DNA from: a virus
Taxonomy: Duplodnaviria > Caudoviricetes
DNA length: 61,730 nucleotides
IMG/VR virus record: IMGVR_UViG_3300042465_001781
Coordinates: 1 to 61,730 of that record
Reading direction: 5' to 3' (one strand)
Below, in pieces: positions 35,568 through 47,000 of this stretch. Under the pieces are notes generated by a model that had not been told where the DNA came from, searched no databases, and saw only the letters and a program-made list of their open reading frames with translations. Position numbers and translations under genes: made by a program. The stretch's first letter is position 1. Every line of letters starts with the position of its first letter.

Positions 35568-36938
35568 ATGACTTTGATCGTCACCTCTGATTTTGAACTC
35601 AACAGGGTAGTTGCGCCAAGCCTACCGGCGGCTCCTGTCGAATACGAACGGCTGTACCAAGAGCAGTACTCAAACATTTTGCGGCTGTATTTCAACCGTC
35701 TAGACAACCTTCTGGGGCAACTTGTGGCAACCATTGATACCCTTCCCGTCTCTATCGGCGGCACCAATGTAGACGCTTTTGGGCGAATCCGGGTCAGCCA
35801 GCCCTACACGCTGTTTGACAGCCAAAACCGCTACGCTATTGACACGCAATACGACACCGCTTTGACTGGGACGGGGGCCACTGCCTACCAAGTAAACGAA
35901 TCCGCAGTCAATTTGTCCGTCACTGCCGGTGGCGTTGGCTCCGTGGTCCGCCAGACATTCCGCAGCTTTCCTTACCAGCCGGGCAAAGGCTTGCTGGTGC
36001 TGGCTACCTTCTGTATGGATGGCAGTATGAGTTTAAATCTGACCCAGCGGGTTGGCTACTTCAACACGCAAAACGGCGTATTCTTCCAGCGCATCGACGG
36101 TACAAACTCGTTTGTCCTGCGCTCCAATATTACTGGAACCCCAAGCGACGCTCGGTCGATTCCTCAAAGTGCTTGGAACGGCGACAAGTTAGATGGCACA
36201 GGCGCATCAGGGATTACCCTAGATTCCGCCAAGTCTCAAATTCTTTGGATGGACTTTGAGTGGTTGGGCGTCGGCTCGGTGCGCTGCGGCTTCATCATCA
36301 ATGGCGAGTACATCGTCTGCCACACATTTACCAACGCCAACGAGATCACCGCCACGTACATGACTACGGCTATTTTGCCTGTGCGGTATGAGATTACTTC
36401 CACTTCGGCGGTTGCTGCCACGCTCAAGCAGATATGCTCTTCGGTCATGTCTGAGGGCGGATATAACGCTCAATCAGCGAACTACACAGCAGCGAGGACA
36501 ACTGAACTGACTGGGTTTAGCTCTACTTTCGTCCCTCTGATATCCATCCGTCTGGCAACAGGCAGGCTCGGCGCTGTGGTGCTTTTGACCAAGGGTCAGG
36601 CTTTTCCCACTGTCACCCAGAACTACGAGGTCGTCATTCTCAAAAACGCTACGTTGACTGGCCCGTCTTGGGCGGCAGCTGTTTCCTCCAACGTGGAGTT
36701 TGACCAGACGGCTACAGCGCTTACTGGCGGAGTGGTCGTAGACCAAGAATACATATCCTCCACTTCCCAGAACAGAAGCGCTGCTCGGGTGGATGTGGGC
36801 TATAACTGGGACTTGCAGTTAGGTGCATCTCTTACCGACGTAAGTGACGTTTACACGCTTGCCATCCGCACCTTGGACGCAACCCCTACCGGGGACGCTT
36901 GGGGGGCCATTTCCTTCTACGACCTGACTACCCAATAA
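35568..36938 (+). CDS. Virion/tail-associated protein
   Basis: 456 aa; DAFGRIRVS, YQPGK and WLGVG motifs. Confidence 0.7.
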   Translation: MTLIVTSDFELNRVVAPSLPAAPVEYERLYQEQYSNILRLYFNRLDNLLGQLVATIDTLPVSIGGTNVDAFGRIRVSQPYTLFDSQNRYAIDTQYDTALTGTGATAYQVNESAVNLSVTAGGVGSVVRQTFRSFPYQPGKGLLVLATFCMDGSMSLNLTQRVGYFNTQNGVFFQRIDGTNSFVLRSNITGTPSDARSIPQSAWNGDKLDGTGASGITLDSAKSQILWMDFEWLGVGSVRCGFIINGEYIVCHTFTNANEITATYMTTAILPVRYEITSTSAVAATLKQICSSVMSEGGYNAQSANYTAARTTELTGFSSTFVPLISIRLATGRLGAVVLLTKGQAFPTVTQNYEVVILKNATLTGPSWAAAVSSNVEFDQTATALTGGVVVDQEYISSTSQNRSAARVDVGYNWDLQLGASLTDVSDVYTLAIRTLDATPTGDAWGAISFYDLTTQ

Positions 36939-36985
36939 GCACCCGCCGTGATACCATCCAAACACCCCCGATTCCAGAGGCAACC

Positions 36986-38320
36986 ATGAATCAAACTGCA
37001 CAAGGACTTGCTGCGCTTGGCAGAGGGCCAGACACCCAACTCGTCCACATGGCTCCGGGCGAAGTTAAGAGCCTTCAGCAATTGGCTATGGCCCACGGTG
37101 GCTCCCTTACCACCAACCCAGAAACAGGTCTGCCAGAGGCGGGCTTTTTGTCGTCCATCTTGCCGATGGTTATTGGTGCAGGTCTGACCGCTGCTTCAGG
37201 TGGTGCACTTACTCCCATGATGGCCGCGATGATGACCGGCGGTGGGTATGGCCTTGCTACAGGCAGCCTGAAAAAAGGTCTGATGGCAGGTTTTGGTGCT
37301 TATGGTGGTGCTGGTATTGGCAGTGCTTTGACTGGGGCTGGGGCAACACAAGGACTCATAGCTGGGGATGCAGCTTCTCAAGCGGCTATGGGCGGGGCAA
37401 GCAACGCCAAGGATTTGCTTTTGGCTCGGGGGGCTGAAACTGCGGCTCCGGGTATGTTCGGCAATGCAGCGGGTAATCTGAGCAACATGGGTGCCGGTAT
37501 CACAGGGTTAGGTTCAGAAGCCGGTCGTGGTGCGTTCATGTCTCAGATTGGCGGGGCCAAAGGTTTGGGTATGGCGGGACTCGCTGCTGCTGCCCCAATG
37601 CTGATGGATACAACCACCAAGCAGCCAGAAATAAAGACCGACGCCAATATAGGGCAGCGGTACAGCTATGCTCCCGGTGCTGTTGGTCCAACTCCTCCGC
37701 CTGATGTGCCCGGTTACGGAAACCAAGGCCAGAACTTCGGTCGAGAGCAGACATACTTCCGCCCACAGTACGCACAAATCGACAACGAAGCGGCTAGAAA
37801 ATTGTACGGTTTTGCTGCTGGCGGTCCTGTCGAGGCTATGTCAAATGCAAACGCAATCGGTGCCAATACGGGCTACCCACAAGCAGACATTCGCACGGGC
37901 GCGTACGCTACGCCATACCAGCAGCCAATGGCTCAGAACGTGGTGACCGGAGTGCAGGGCGCAGGCATTGACCAATATACCGGCCAGATGGCGTTTGCTG
38001 AAGGCGGCGAAGCAATGGCTAAAGGTGGCATCTCCCATCTCGGTGACTATTCCGACGGTGGCAGGCTTTTGCGCGGCCCCGGTGATGGCGTTTCGGATGA
38101 CATCCCTGCCACTATCGGTAAGAAGCAGCCTGCTCGGCTTGCCGACGGTGAATTTGTGGTTCCTGCGCGTATTGTGTCTGAACTGGGTAATGGCTCGACT
38201 GAAGCTGGTGCTCGTAAGCTGTACGCCATGATGGATCGGGTGCAGAAGACTCGGGGTAAGACAGTAGGTAAAGGCAAAGTGGCTACAAATAGCCGTGCGG
38301 CTCGGCATCTGCCAGCATGA
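36986..38320 (+). CDS. Putative internal virion/ejection protein with GPGDGVSDDIPA...GEFVV domain
   Basis: Gly/Ala-rich hydrophobic stretch and repeated xAxGG motifs. Confidence 0.7.
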   Translation: MNQTAQGLAALGRGPDTQLVHMAPGEVKSLQQLAMAHGGSLTTNPETGLPEAGFLSSILPMVIGAGLTAASGGALTPMMAAMMTGGGYGLATGSLKKGLMAGFGAYGGAGIGSALTGAGATQGLIAGDAASQAAMGGASNAKDLLLARGAETAAPGMFGNAAGNLSNMGAGITGLGSEAGRGAFMSQIGGAKGLGMAGLAAAAPMLMDTTTKQPEIKTDANIGQRYSYAPGAVGPTPPPDVPGYGNQGQNFGREQTYFRPQYAQIDNEAARKLYGFAAGGPVEAMSNANAIGANTGYPQADIRTGAYATPYQQPMAQNVVTGVQGAGIDQYTGQMAFAEGGEAMAKGGISHLGDYSDGGRLLRGPGDGVSDDIPATIGKKQPARLADGEFVVPARIVSELGNGSTEAGARKLYAMMDRVQKTRGKTVGKGKVATNSRAARHLPA

Positions 38321-38745
38321 ATATGTTCTTGGTTCCAGTCGGGCAGGTCTATACAGTACTCACACCACTGCTGCCCTACTTGCTGGAATCCGCAGAATGG
38401 ACAAAAGGCAGAGCTAACGCTGACGATTTAATTCGCCTTGTTGTTACTGGACAGATGCAGTTGTGGGTAGTTATGGACGAAAATACAGTTCTAGGCCACA
38501 CCATCACAGAAATTAAACAGTACCCACAGTGCAAGATGCTGACCATTCAGTATTGCGCTATGAAGCCGGGTACGTTAGAAGAAGTAGAAGACCACATGCA
38601 GGACTTGGCGAGTCGATTTGCCAAAGATGCAGGTTGCGCAGGGGTTGAATTTATTGGGCGTCCGGGTTGGCGCAGTACAGCAAATAAGTACGGGTACAGC
38701 ACGCAAAGCGTTACATACCAGAAGTTTTTTAAGGATGAGCTATGA
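38317..38745 (+). CDS. Possible GNAT-fold protein in the ejection module
   Basis: FAKDAGC..VEFIGRPGW; size and position. Confidence 0.55.
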   Translation: MNMFLVPVGQVYTVLTPLLPYLLESAEWTKGRANADDLIRLVVTGQMQLWVVMDENTVLGHTITEIKQYPQCKMLTIQYCAMKPGTLEEVEDHMQDLASRFAKDAGCAGVEFIGRPGWRSTANKYGYSTQSVTYQKFFKDEL

Positions 38746-41054
38746 GCTACTCACGTCGGCAACTTTACGCATTTGGCGAACCCCTCGGCGAATCTATTAC
38801 TCGTAAAGAGGGTGGTCGTGTTGTTTGCGGTGATGGCGGCGGCGGTAGTTCTGCTCCATCTACAACTACGCAAGTATCCGAACTCCCAGATTGGGCTAAA
38901 GGTTACGCCAAAGATACGTTGGCTAAGACCGCCGCGTTGACAGATGTAAACCAGAACCCGTATCAAGCCTACGGTGCGGAACGCATTGCTGGTTTTAGCC
39001 CGATGCAGCAGCAAGCACAGCAAAAAGCCGCCGGTATGCAGACTTCGGGTGCTACTGGTTTTGGTACTCAACTCGCGGGCGCAGCGGGCCTCGGCGCTCT
39101 TGGCGCTAGTTACGACCCTACGCAATTCCAAGCTGGGCAATTTGGTGGGCAAGAAGCGCAGCAGTACATGTCTCCGTACATGCAGAATGTTGTTGATATC
39201 CAGCAGCGTGAAGCTCAACGTCAGGGCGATATTGCAGGCACTCAGCGCGGCGCTCAAGCTGTAAAGTCTGGTGCGTTTGGTGGTGGTCGTCAAGCCATCA
39301 TGGAAGCCGAAGCCGCCCGTAATCTGGCAACCCAGAAGGGCGATATCCAAGCGCAGGGTTTGCAGTCGTCGTACCAACAGGCTCAGGCGCAGTTCAATGC
39401 AGACCAAGCCCGCCGTATGCAGGCGCAGCAGTTGGCAGAGCAGTCCAAGCAGTACGGTGCTGGTTACGGTATGCAGGGTCTTCAGACTGCCCTCCAAGGT
39501 GCGGGTCAGTTGGGTGCACTCGGCCAGCAAGAGTTTGGTCAGGGCATGGACATTAATAAGCTGCAAGCTGGTTACGGTGCTCAGCAGCAGGCTCTACAAC
39601 AACAGGGTCTGACTCAGGCGTATCAAGACTTCCAGAACCAGCAGAACTACCCGTACAAGCAGTTGGGCTTCATGTCTGACATGATTCGTGGTTTGCCGCT
39701 CGGTCAGCAGTCTACGCAGCAAGTGTACGAAGCTGAACCCGGTATGGCTCAGCAGATCGGCTCTATTGGTATGGGCGCTATGGGCCTGTCCAAGTTCATG
39801 GCTGAAGGCGGCGAAGTTAAGAGCTACAAAGTCGGTGGCGGTGTAGACAGCCAAGAAAACGTAGCCGACATCGTTGACTCGTTGTCCCCGCAGCAGATGG
39901 CTAAAGGACTGGAGGCTGCACAAGCCCGTGGTGACATGAACCAGATCAGAGCCATCCAAGATGAGATGGGGTTTCAAGCCTCGCTCAAGCGTGGTCTGGC
40001 TGGCACTGTGACTCCTGACATGGCCCAGCGTATGGCTGGCGGCGGCGCTGTTGCGTTTGCTAAGGGTGGCACTCCTTCTATCAGCGAAGCACTTGAGCGT
40101 ATGCGTAGCGCCGGTAGCTACACCCCACCTACTTCTGAAGAAACCGTATCCGGTATACAGGCTCAGATGCCCGGACTTAAAAGTCTATACGGCGAGAGCA
40201 AAACCGCTCCATATACGGAAGAAGTTAAAGCTGAACGCGCAGCACTCAAAGCTGGTCGGCCTGAAGACGAAGCTGCTGGTTGGTTTGCCGGTGCTGAAGG
40301 AATGCTCAAAGGTCGGGGTATTGCCGCTGGTCTTGCAAATGCGCTGCCTGCCTTCGGCAAAGAAGTAATCAAGATGAAGCAGGAAAACCGTAAAGCCGAT
40401 CAGCTTCTGCGTGCTTCTGAGATTCAATTGGCTACCGCAGATCAAGCCCGTGCTGATGGCATGGTCGGCAAAGCTACAGAGCTTGAAAACAAAGCTCAGA
40501 CTATGGCCCAGAAAGCCGCTGAGATGAAAAGCAACGTGGCTGAGAAAGAAGCGACGATTGCCGCAACTATCCGTGGTCAGGATGTGCAGGCTGCTACCAG
40601 CGCAGCGGCGTCCGCGAAGCCGACGGACTTGGACAAGCAGACACGCATCCGCTACGAAGCTGCGTTGGAAGCAGGAGAGCCAGCAAACAAAGCCACTATG
40701 TCCAAGGCTGCTCAGCAAGCAGCAAGCGATCTGGGTCGGTATCCCGGTGAGCAACGGGCTGCGGCTGCGGAAGATAAACTGAACCAAGCTGCGTTGCAAA
40801 AAGCGCGGGAAGCTGTGGACAGCGCAAAGATGTACGACCCTGCTTGGAAGGCCGCAAAAACTGCTAAAGACTCTGTGGCTATGGAGCGGCGCGAGAGTGA
40901 GATGATTGCGCAGCGTATGAAAGCCCCCGCTACTGGTGCCGCCGCTGCTCCGTCTACCACCCCAATTAAAATTGCTAACAAAGCTGAGTTTGATAAACTG
41001 CCAAGCGGTACATCATTTATCGCACCTGATGGTTCGATCCGCACTAAACCGTAA
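38742..41054 (+). CDS. Putative internal virion/ejection protein
   Basis: Gln/Ala/Gly-rich; GAFGGGRQAI motif. Confidence 0.72.
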   Translation: MSYSRRQLYAFGEPLGESITRKEGGRVVCGDGGGGSSAPSTTTQVSELPDWAKGYAKDTLAKTAALTDVNQNPYQAYGAERIAGFSPMQQQAQQKAAGMQTSGATGFGTQLAGAAGLGALGASYDPTQFQAGQFGGQEAQQYMSPYMQNVVDIQQREAQRQGDIAGTQRGAQAVKSGAFGGGRQAIMEAEAARNLATQKGDIQAQGLQSSYQQAQAQFNADQARRMQAQQLAEQSKQYGAGYGMQGLQTALQGAGQLGALGQQEFGQGMDINKLQAGYGAQQQALQQQGLTQAYQDFQNQQNYPYKQLGFMSDMIRGLPLGQQSTQQVYEAEPGMAQQIGSIGMGAMGLSKFMAEGGEVKSYKVGGGVDSQENVADIVDSLSPQQMAKGLEAAQARGDMNQIRAIQDEMGFQASLKRGLAGTVTPDMAQRMAGGGAVAFAKGGTPSISEALERMRSAGSYTPPTSEETVSGIQAQMPGLKSLYGESKTAPYTEEVKAERAALKAGRPEDEAAGWFAGAEGMLKGRGIAAGLANALPAFGKEVIKMKQENRKADQLLRASEIQLATADQARADGMVGKATELENKAQTMAQKAAEMKSNVAEKEATIAATIRGQDVQAATSAAASAKPTDLDKQTRIRYEAALEAGEPANKATMSKAAQQAASDLGRYPGEQRAAAAEDKLNQAALQKAREAVDSAKMYDPAWKAAKTAKDSVAMERRESEMIAQRMKAPATGAAAAPSTTPIKIANKAEFDKLPSGTSFIAPDGSIRTKP

Positions 41055-41062
41055 GGCACACT

Positions 41063-44000
41063 ATGGCAAACAATTGGTGGGAAGAAGCACCGCTGGCAGA
41101 ACAAAAATCTGACGAGTGGTGGCAAGCAGCACCACTTGCTAAAGCCGCAGAAAAAGAAGAGCGCCCTGAAGATCAGTCCATCCTTCGCAGCGTAGCCGAC
41201 ATCCCACTTAAAGGTGTGTCTGGTGCAGTCACGGGCGTGCGCCTTATTGCCGACGCATTTGGTGCGGGTAACGAAGTGTCGAACACTCTCAAGGGTGCTG
41301 AAGATTGGGTTGGCGCTCTCTATAGCGCACAGTCCAAAAAGGATTCCAAAGAAGTCGCCCGCATTATGAAGGATGCCGAAGACAAAGGCATGGGCGAACA
41401 AGTCGCTGCGGCTATCAAAGCATTCTCCGTTGCCCCTGTAGACCTCGTTTCCAATGCGTTGGGTACATCAGCCCCCGCTATCATTGCTGGCCTTGGCGCT
41501 ACGTTGTTTGGTGCACCTGTGCTTGTGGGTACAGGTATAGCTGCCGGTGTCGGCTCAACTATGGGTGCAGGTACGGTTAAGGGCTCCATCTACGATGCGG
41601 TCAAAGAAGAACTTGCTAAGACGGATATGCCACCCGAGCAAGTAGAAGCTCGCGCTAAGTTGGCTCAAGACTACGATGGTCAGAACCTCGGGCTCATTCT
41701 TACTGGCGCTGCCCTCGGTGGCATTGGTGCGACTACCGGCTTTGAACCTGCCGCTGCTCGTCAACTAGCTAAACAAATTGCTACAAAAGGAGCGAAAGCT
41801 GAAGCCGTGGCTATTGCAGCTAAAGAAGCTACAGAAGAAGCGGCCAAACGTGGTGTCATCAAGCAAGGTGCTGTAACAGGCGCAAAAGAGTTTGCTGGTG
41901 AAGCGGCGGAAGCAGGGCAAGAACAAGCAGCGCAAAACATTGCACTTCAGCGGGAAGGTTTCGACGTACCTACTATGCGTGGTGTAGTGGGCGCAGCTAC
42001 CCTTGAGGGTATGGCTGGCCTTGGTTTGGGTGCTGTCGGCGGTGGTCGAGAAGCTGCTCGGGCCAGAAAAGAATTGGAGCTTGAAAAAGCTGCCGCAACG
42101 ATTGATGCGGTTAACAGAGGCACGACCACAACAGTGCGGCCCCCAGCAGCAGAGGGCGAAGCACCTACCGTCGAAACTGTGCCTGCTGGTCAGCCAGACC
42201 CAGAGCGCGTGGCTCAGCTTGCCACCGTATTTAAGGAGATGAAGCTTTCAAATCCTGAAGAAGCCGCTATTGAACAGGCCACTGTAGAAGCCGTAGAGGA
42301 CCAAGAATATGCGAGTGCCCAGAGAGAAGCTCAAGGAGCAGCAACTGCTGTCGGACCTGTCGTCGAACCAAGTGGAGTTGGCGCTGGAGTGGCTGCACAG
42401 CCCGGTACAGAGCCCGCCCCCGGAGGAGTTGGAGTCCCTGAGCCAACTGGAATGGTTTCTGCTGGACCGGATGTTGGCGAGCCTGTTGCACGAGAAGCAG
42501 CAGAACCGGCTGCACTGACTCCCCTTGAGACCGCAATCGCCGAAGCCGACAAGATAGCCACTGAGCAATTCCAGCCTGTCGAAGAAGCCATCGCTGAGTT
42601 GCAGACGCCTGAAGCTGCGCCTGTTGCGGAAGAAGCTGTGCCTGAAGCTGTGCCTGTTGCGGAAGAGGTTGCGCCTGAAGCTGCGTTGGAAATAGCACCA
42701 GATGCTACGACCCAAGAGATAGCAGAACAAGTTGAAGTTACACCCGAAGTTGCTAAGACTGTTGCCGACATCGAAGCTGCCTCCACAGCAGTAGTCACCC
42801 CCGAAGCCCCGAAGAAAGGGCGTGGTCGTCCTGCGCTTACTGAAGAACAGCGGATAGCCAACCGTGCTGCTACTAAGGCTGCGTACAGGAACAAGGGCAA
42901 AGCTGCCGCCGCTGTGTCGTCCACAACTGACACGGCCATCGAAGCACTCAACACAGCCCTTGCTCCTATTGACGAAGCAAAGATTGAGACTGACGAGCAA
43001 CTGTCAGAAGCTGAGACAAACAAGCGGGTTGATAAGGTCAAGGCCATCAAGGCACTGCTCACGCTGCAAGAGTCTCTTCCAGCAACGGACACTGCACGGG
43101 GTCGCATAACTGCTGCCCTTAAAAACTCAGCAATCAGCGCAAAAGAAATCGCTGACGTAAGAACTGGTATGGCGTACGAGAAGAGCAAAGTTTCTCGCTC
43201 TGAAAAAGGTGGCAAAGCCGACCAGCCAGACGAAGGCTTCTCCAAAGCCACTACCGGAACGCAGGCACTTGCACGGGTCATAAAGACCGGCGACGCATTC
43301 CAAAAGTTTATCGCTCAGCGTTTGCGCGGCTTTGTTAAAGATGTAGAGTTCATCGTCATTGAAAAAGGTGACCCTGTTCCAGAACAGCTTCGCCGGAACA
43401 TGAACGACTGGAACGCCGCACGAGGGTTGTTCATTGAAGACCTACCTGCTAAAACTCGCAGGGTCTATGTGCGTGGTGCTAGCTTCGGGGCCGACCAAGG
43501 TGTAAACAACATCACAGTGCTGCATGAGTTGCTGCACGCTGCCACAAATCAAAAGCTATCCCTTGGCCTAGCGGCTATAGCCAATAAATTTTCCCCCGAT
43601 GCGCTGTTGACTAGGGCTACGCGAGCGTTTACCCGCGTGATGATGAACGCAAGTGATGCGTATGAAACTATGGATGCAGCGGGTAAAGTGCCTGATGACC
43701 TCCGTGCGTTGGTGGAATCCACTCTAGACATAGACGAGAACGGTAAGCCATACTTTAAGATTTTTGAATTGCATCAAGAGTTCTTGGCCTACGGCATGAC
43801 TGAGCCTGTGATGCAAAAGTTTTTGATGACCGTAGATGCTACGCAGGCTAAGGGCTCGGCATTCAACCGTTTTGTCCGTGCCATGATGGAATTCTTTGGG
43901 GTCGGCGAAAAAGACTTTAGCGCCATGACCGACTTGGTATTGATTACCGACAAGATTCTCACGGCACAGAAGACACCCACCATGCAGAAGCTGGAGCGGA

Positions 44001-47000
44001 TTGAGCGTGGCGAAAGCTATGAGCAAGTCTTTGCCTCGGCTAAACAGACCCGTGCAAAAGTTGACAAGACCGTTGAGAAGCTGGAGAAATCTACCTTTGC
44101 CGATAGCATTAAGTCGGGCGGCACCATCGAGCAGTTGGTGGGTATGCGCAACATGGAGCAGTTCCTTGACGTGCTTACAGATAGCAAAGTCTGGTTGAAA
44201 GACAACGTGATGCAGCAGTTGCTCCCAGCGTTGCAGACTGAAGCTCTTGTGCGGTGGGCGGGCAAACTTGGCATTGGCGGCATAAAAGAAACGTGGGCTG
44301 GCATCAACAAGATGAACGCCATGCGTAACAAGGCTAAGAACGCCATATTTGAAACCGCTGAAGACCTAAACAACCTCGCAGCAAAAGACGCCAAGCAGTA
44401 CATAGCGCTTGGCAATGTGATGCACTACTCAACGATCACATCGAAGGACCCCAATAAGGTTACGATAGATCGAAATCTGACTGAGTTGTGGGGCCGACTG
44501 ACTCCAGAAAACAAGAAGCTCTACAACAAGGTGCGCGAGTTCTACGCAGATAACCACAAGGCGTATCACGCAGTCCTTGAAGAGCAGATTGAAGCGTCCG
44601 GCCTGCCCGGTAGCGCCAGCGACCCTAAGTCGCCAAAAGGTAAGTTGATTGCCTCCATCAAGCAGATGTACGAGGACGGCACGAAGCTGTATCCGTACTT
44701 CCCACTGATGCGCTACGGGCAGTACTGGGTGCGCGTGGGCAAGGGCAAAGCTCGTGAGTTCCACATGTTTGAGAGCCAGTTCGACCGCGATAACTTTGTG
44801 AAAGATCGCGTTGAACAACTGAACGCTGAGACCGGCAACACGCGCACTAAAGCTGAGATGATGGGGGGTGGTGATATTGACGAAGGCAACGACCTGTCTA
44901 GCGCACGTAAGAACGATGTAGCTGCCAGTGAGATGCTGAAAGAAATCTTCAACACGCTTGAGGCTAAGCCTGTGACCAGCGTCACTGATGACTTCGGTAA
45001 TGTCGTCGGCAGTACGGCTACTTTGAACATGGACAAGCTCAAGGATGACATCTACCAGATGTACTTGCAGACTCTTCCAGACCGCAACTTCCGTAGGCAG
45101 TTCATGCACCGCCAAGGTGTAGCTGGCTTCTCAGGTGACATTCACCGCAACTTCGTGGCTACTGGTACGAACATGGCAAACCAGATTGCGCGTATCAAGT
45201 ACGGCCCTGAAGTCATGCGTAGCCTTGAGACTGCCACTGCTTCCCTAGAAGGTAACCCAGACAAAGCACGGCTGGGTGATTTTGTTTCGGAGATGCGCTT
45301 GCGGGCGGAAGAACAAGTGCGACCTTCCTCAGAAGATAGTCTTGGATTCCAAGTGTCCAACCTTGCGAACACTACCGCCTTCTTGTGGATGATGACCTCC
45401 ATTAAGACTGTGGTGGCCCAGTTCACCGCTGTGCCTATCTTCGTTGCCCCAGTGCTTGCATCTAAACACGGCACTGTCAAAACCGCCGCTGCACTTGCTA
45501 AGTCACTGAATGTGTTCAACGGTGTCGGTGTGACCAAGACTAACCCTGATGGGTCTACGAGCTACACGATGCCGAGCATGTCGCAGCTTAAAGGTCTGAC
45601 GGCAGATGAGAAGCTGGCTACCCAGTACATGCAGGACTTCGGTATCAGCGATACCACGATGGCCTTTGACTTGGGTAACCGCCGTGACGTGCCGACTAAG
45701 TTGGGGCAGAGCAAAGCTCGCCGTATCGCCAAGGCTACTACCAACACAATGACTGCGCTGTTCCACCACTCGGAGCGGATGATTCGTGAAGTGACCTTTA
45801 TGACTTCGTACCGTCTTAACCGAGAGAAACTTGGAGATATACCCGGTGCACATGAGTCTGCGCTAGAAGCAGCTACGCAAGAAAGCCACGAAGCGCTTGG
45901 TAACTACCACGCATCGAATCGCCCACGGGGCCTTGCGGCAAGCAAATCGCGTGAAGTGCTTATCAACGCTAGCAGTCCAGTCGGTCGCAGTCTTTTGCAG
46001 TTTAAGATGTTCCCGGCGTTTGTGACTACGTACTTCATCCGTAATGCGTACAACATGTTTAAGGGTTTGACTCCTGAAGATCGCAAGCAAGCAAAGGTTC
46101 AATTGTTGGGTTCACTCGGCATGTCGTATGCACTGGCTGGCTACGTCGGCATCCCCGGCATCAGTATGGCTATGGGTGTGTTGCAGGGTTTGCTGAACGC
46201 CAGAAAAGACGATGATGAGGATGACCCGCTTGAGGGCCGCGACCTTGAGTTCTGGTTCCGCAACGTGTGGCTCCCTCAGACTTTTGGAAACGTAAAAGTT
46301 GGCGGTCATACGCTTGACGAGTTTCTGGATAAGGGTTTGATTACTGGTCTGACTGGCTACGACATTACCAGTAGCATGTCGATGAACAACATGTGGTTCC
46401 CAGACGTTAAGGAGCAAGCTACTGCCCAAGCCGAAGTAATTGACTACGGAGTGTCTTTGCTCGGCCCCAGTGCCTCACTTGTAAAGCAAGCGGCAAAAGG
46501 TGTTGACTACTTCAGCCAAGGCAAGATTCTTCAGGGTATGGAGCAGTGGGCTCCGGCACTCTTCCGTGCTCCGTTGACCGCTGTTCGGTATAGCCGAGAA
46601 GGTGCACAGACTACTACAGGTGCATCTATCAAGGACGCTGAAGAGTTCACCATCGGGCAGTTGATGGCGCAGTCGGCGGGCTTTGCTACTGAAGGACTTC
46701 AGGCTCGGCGTGAGGCCATCTTCAAAATCCAAGGTTTGATGTTGGAAGCTAAGCGTGAACGCTCAGACTCACTTGCTAGGTTGGATTTGGAAATTACCAA
46801 AGGTTCTGACGATGCTGTTGAGAAGGCTATCGACAAGATCATCAAGTACAACAGCAAGAACTACTGGGACCCAATCACATCAGACCAGATCAGCCAGTCC
46901 ACCAAAAAACGTATGGAGCGCAGGTTGATGTCTGATCGTGGATTCCCAATCGACAAGAAGTACTATCCGCAAGTCATGGACCTGCTGGAGCCAAGCTCCA

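Noticed and set aside
42248-43281. Long antisense ORFs (250 and 316 aa) opposite the giant gene; similarly 13067..13897, 38751..39566 and 57118..58080
   Set aside because: Shadow ORFs from codon bias and low complexity of the real genes; no RBS or motifs
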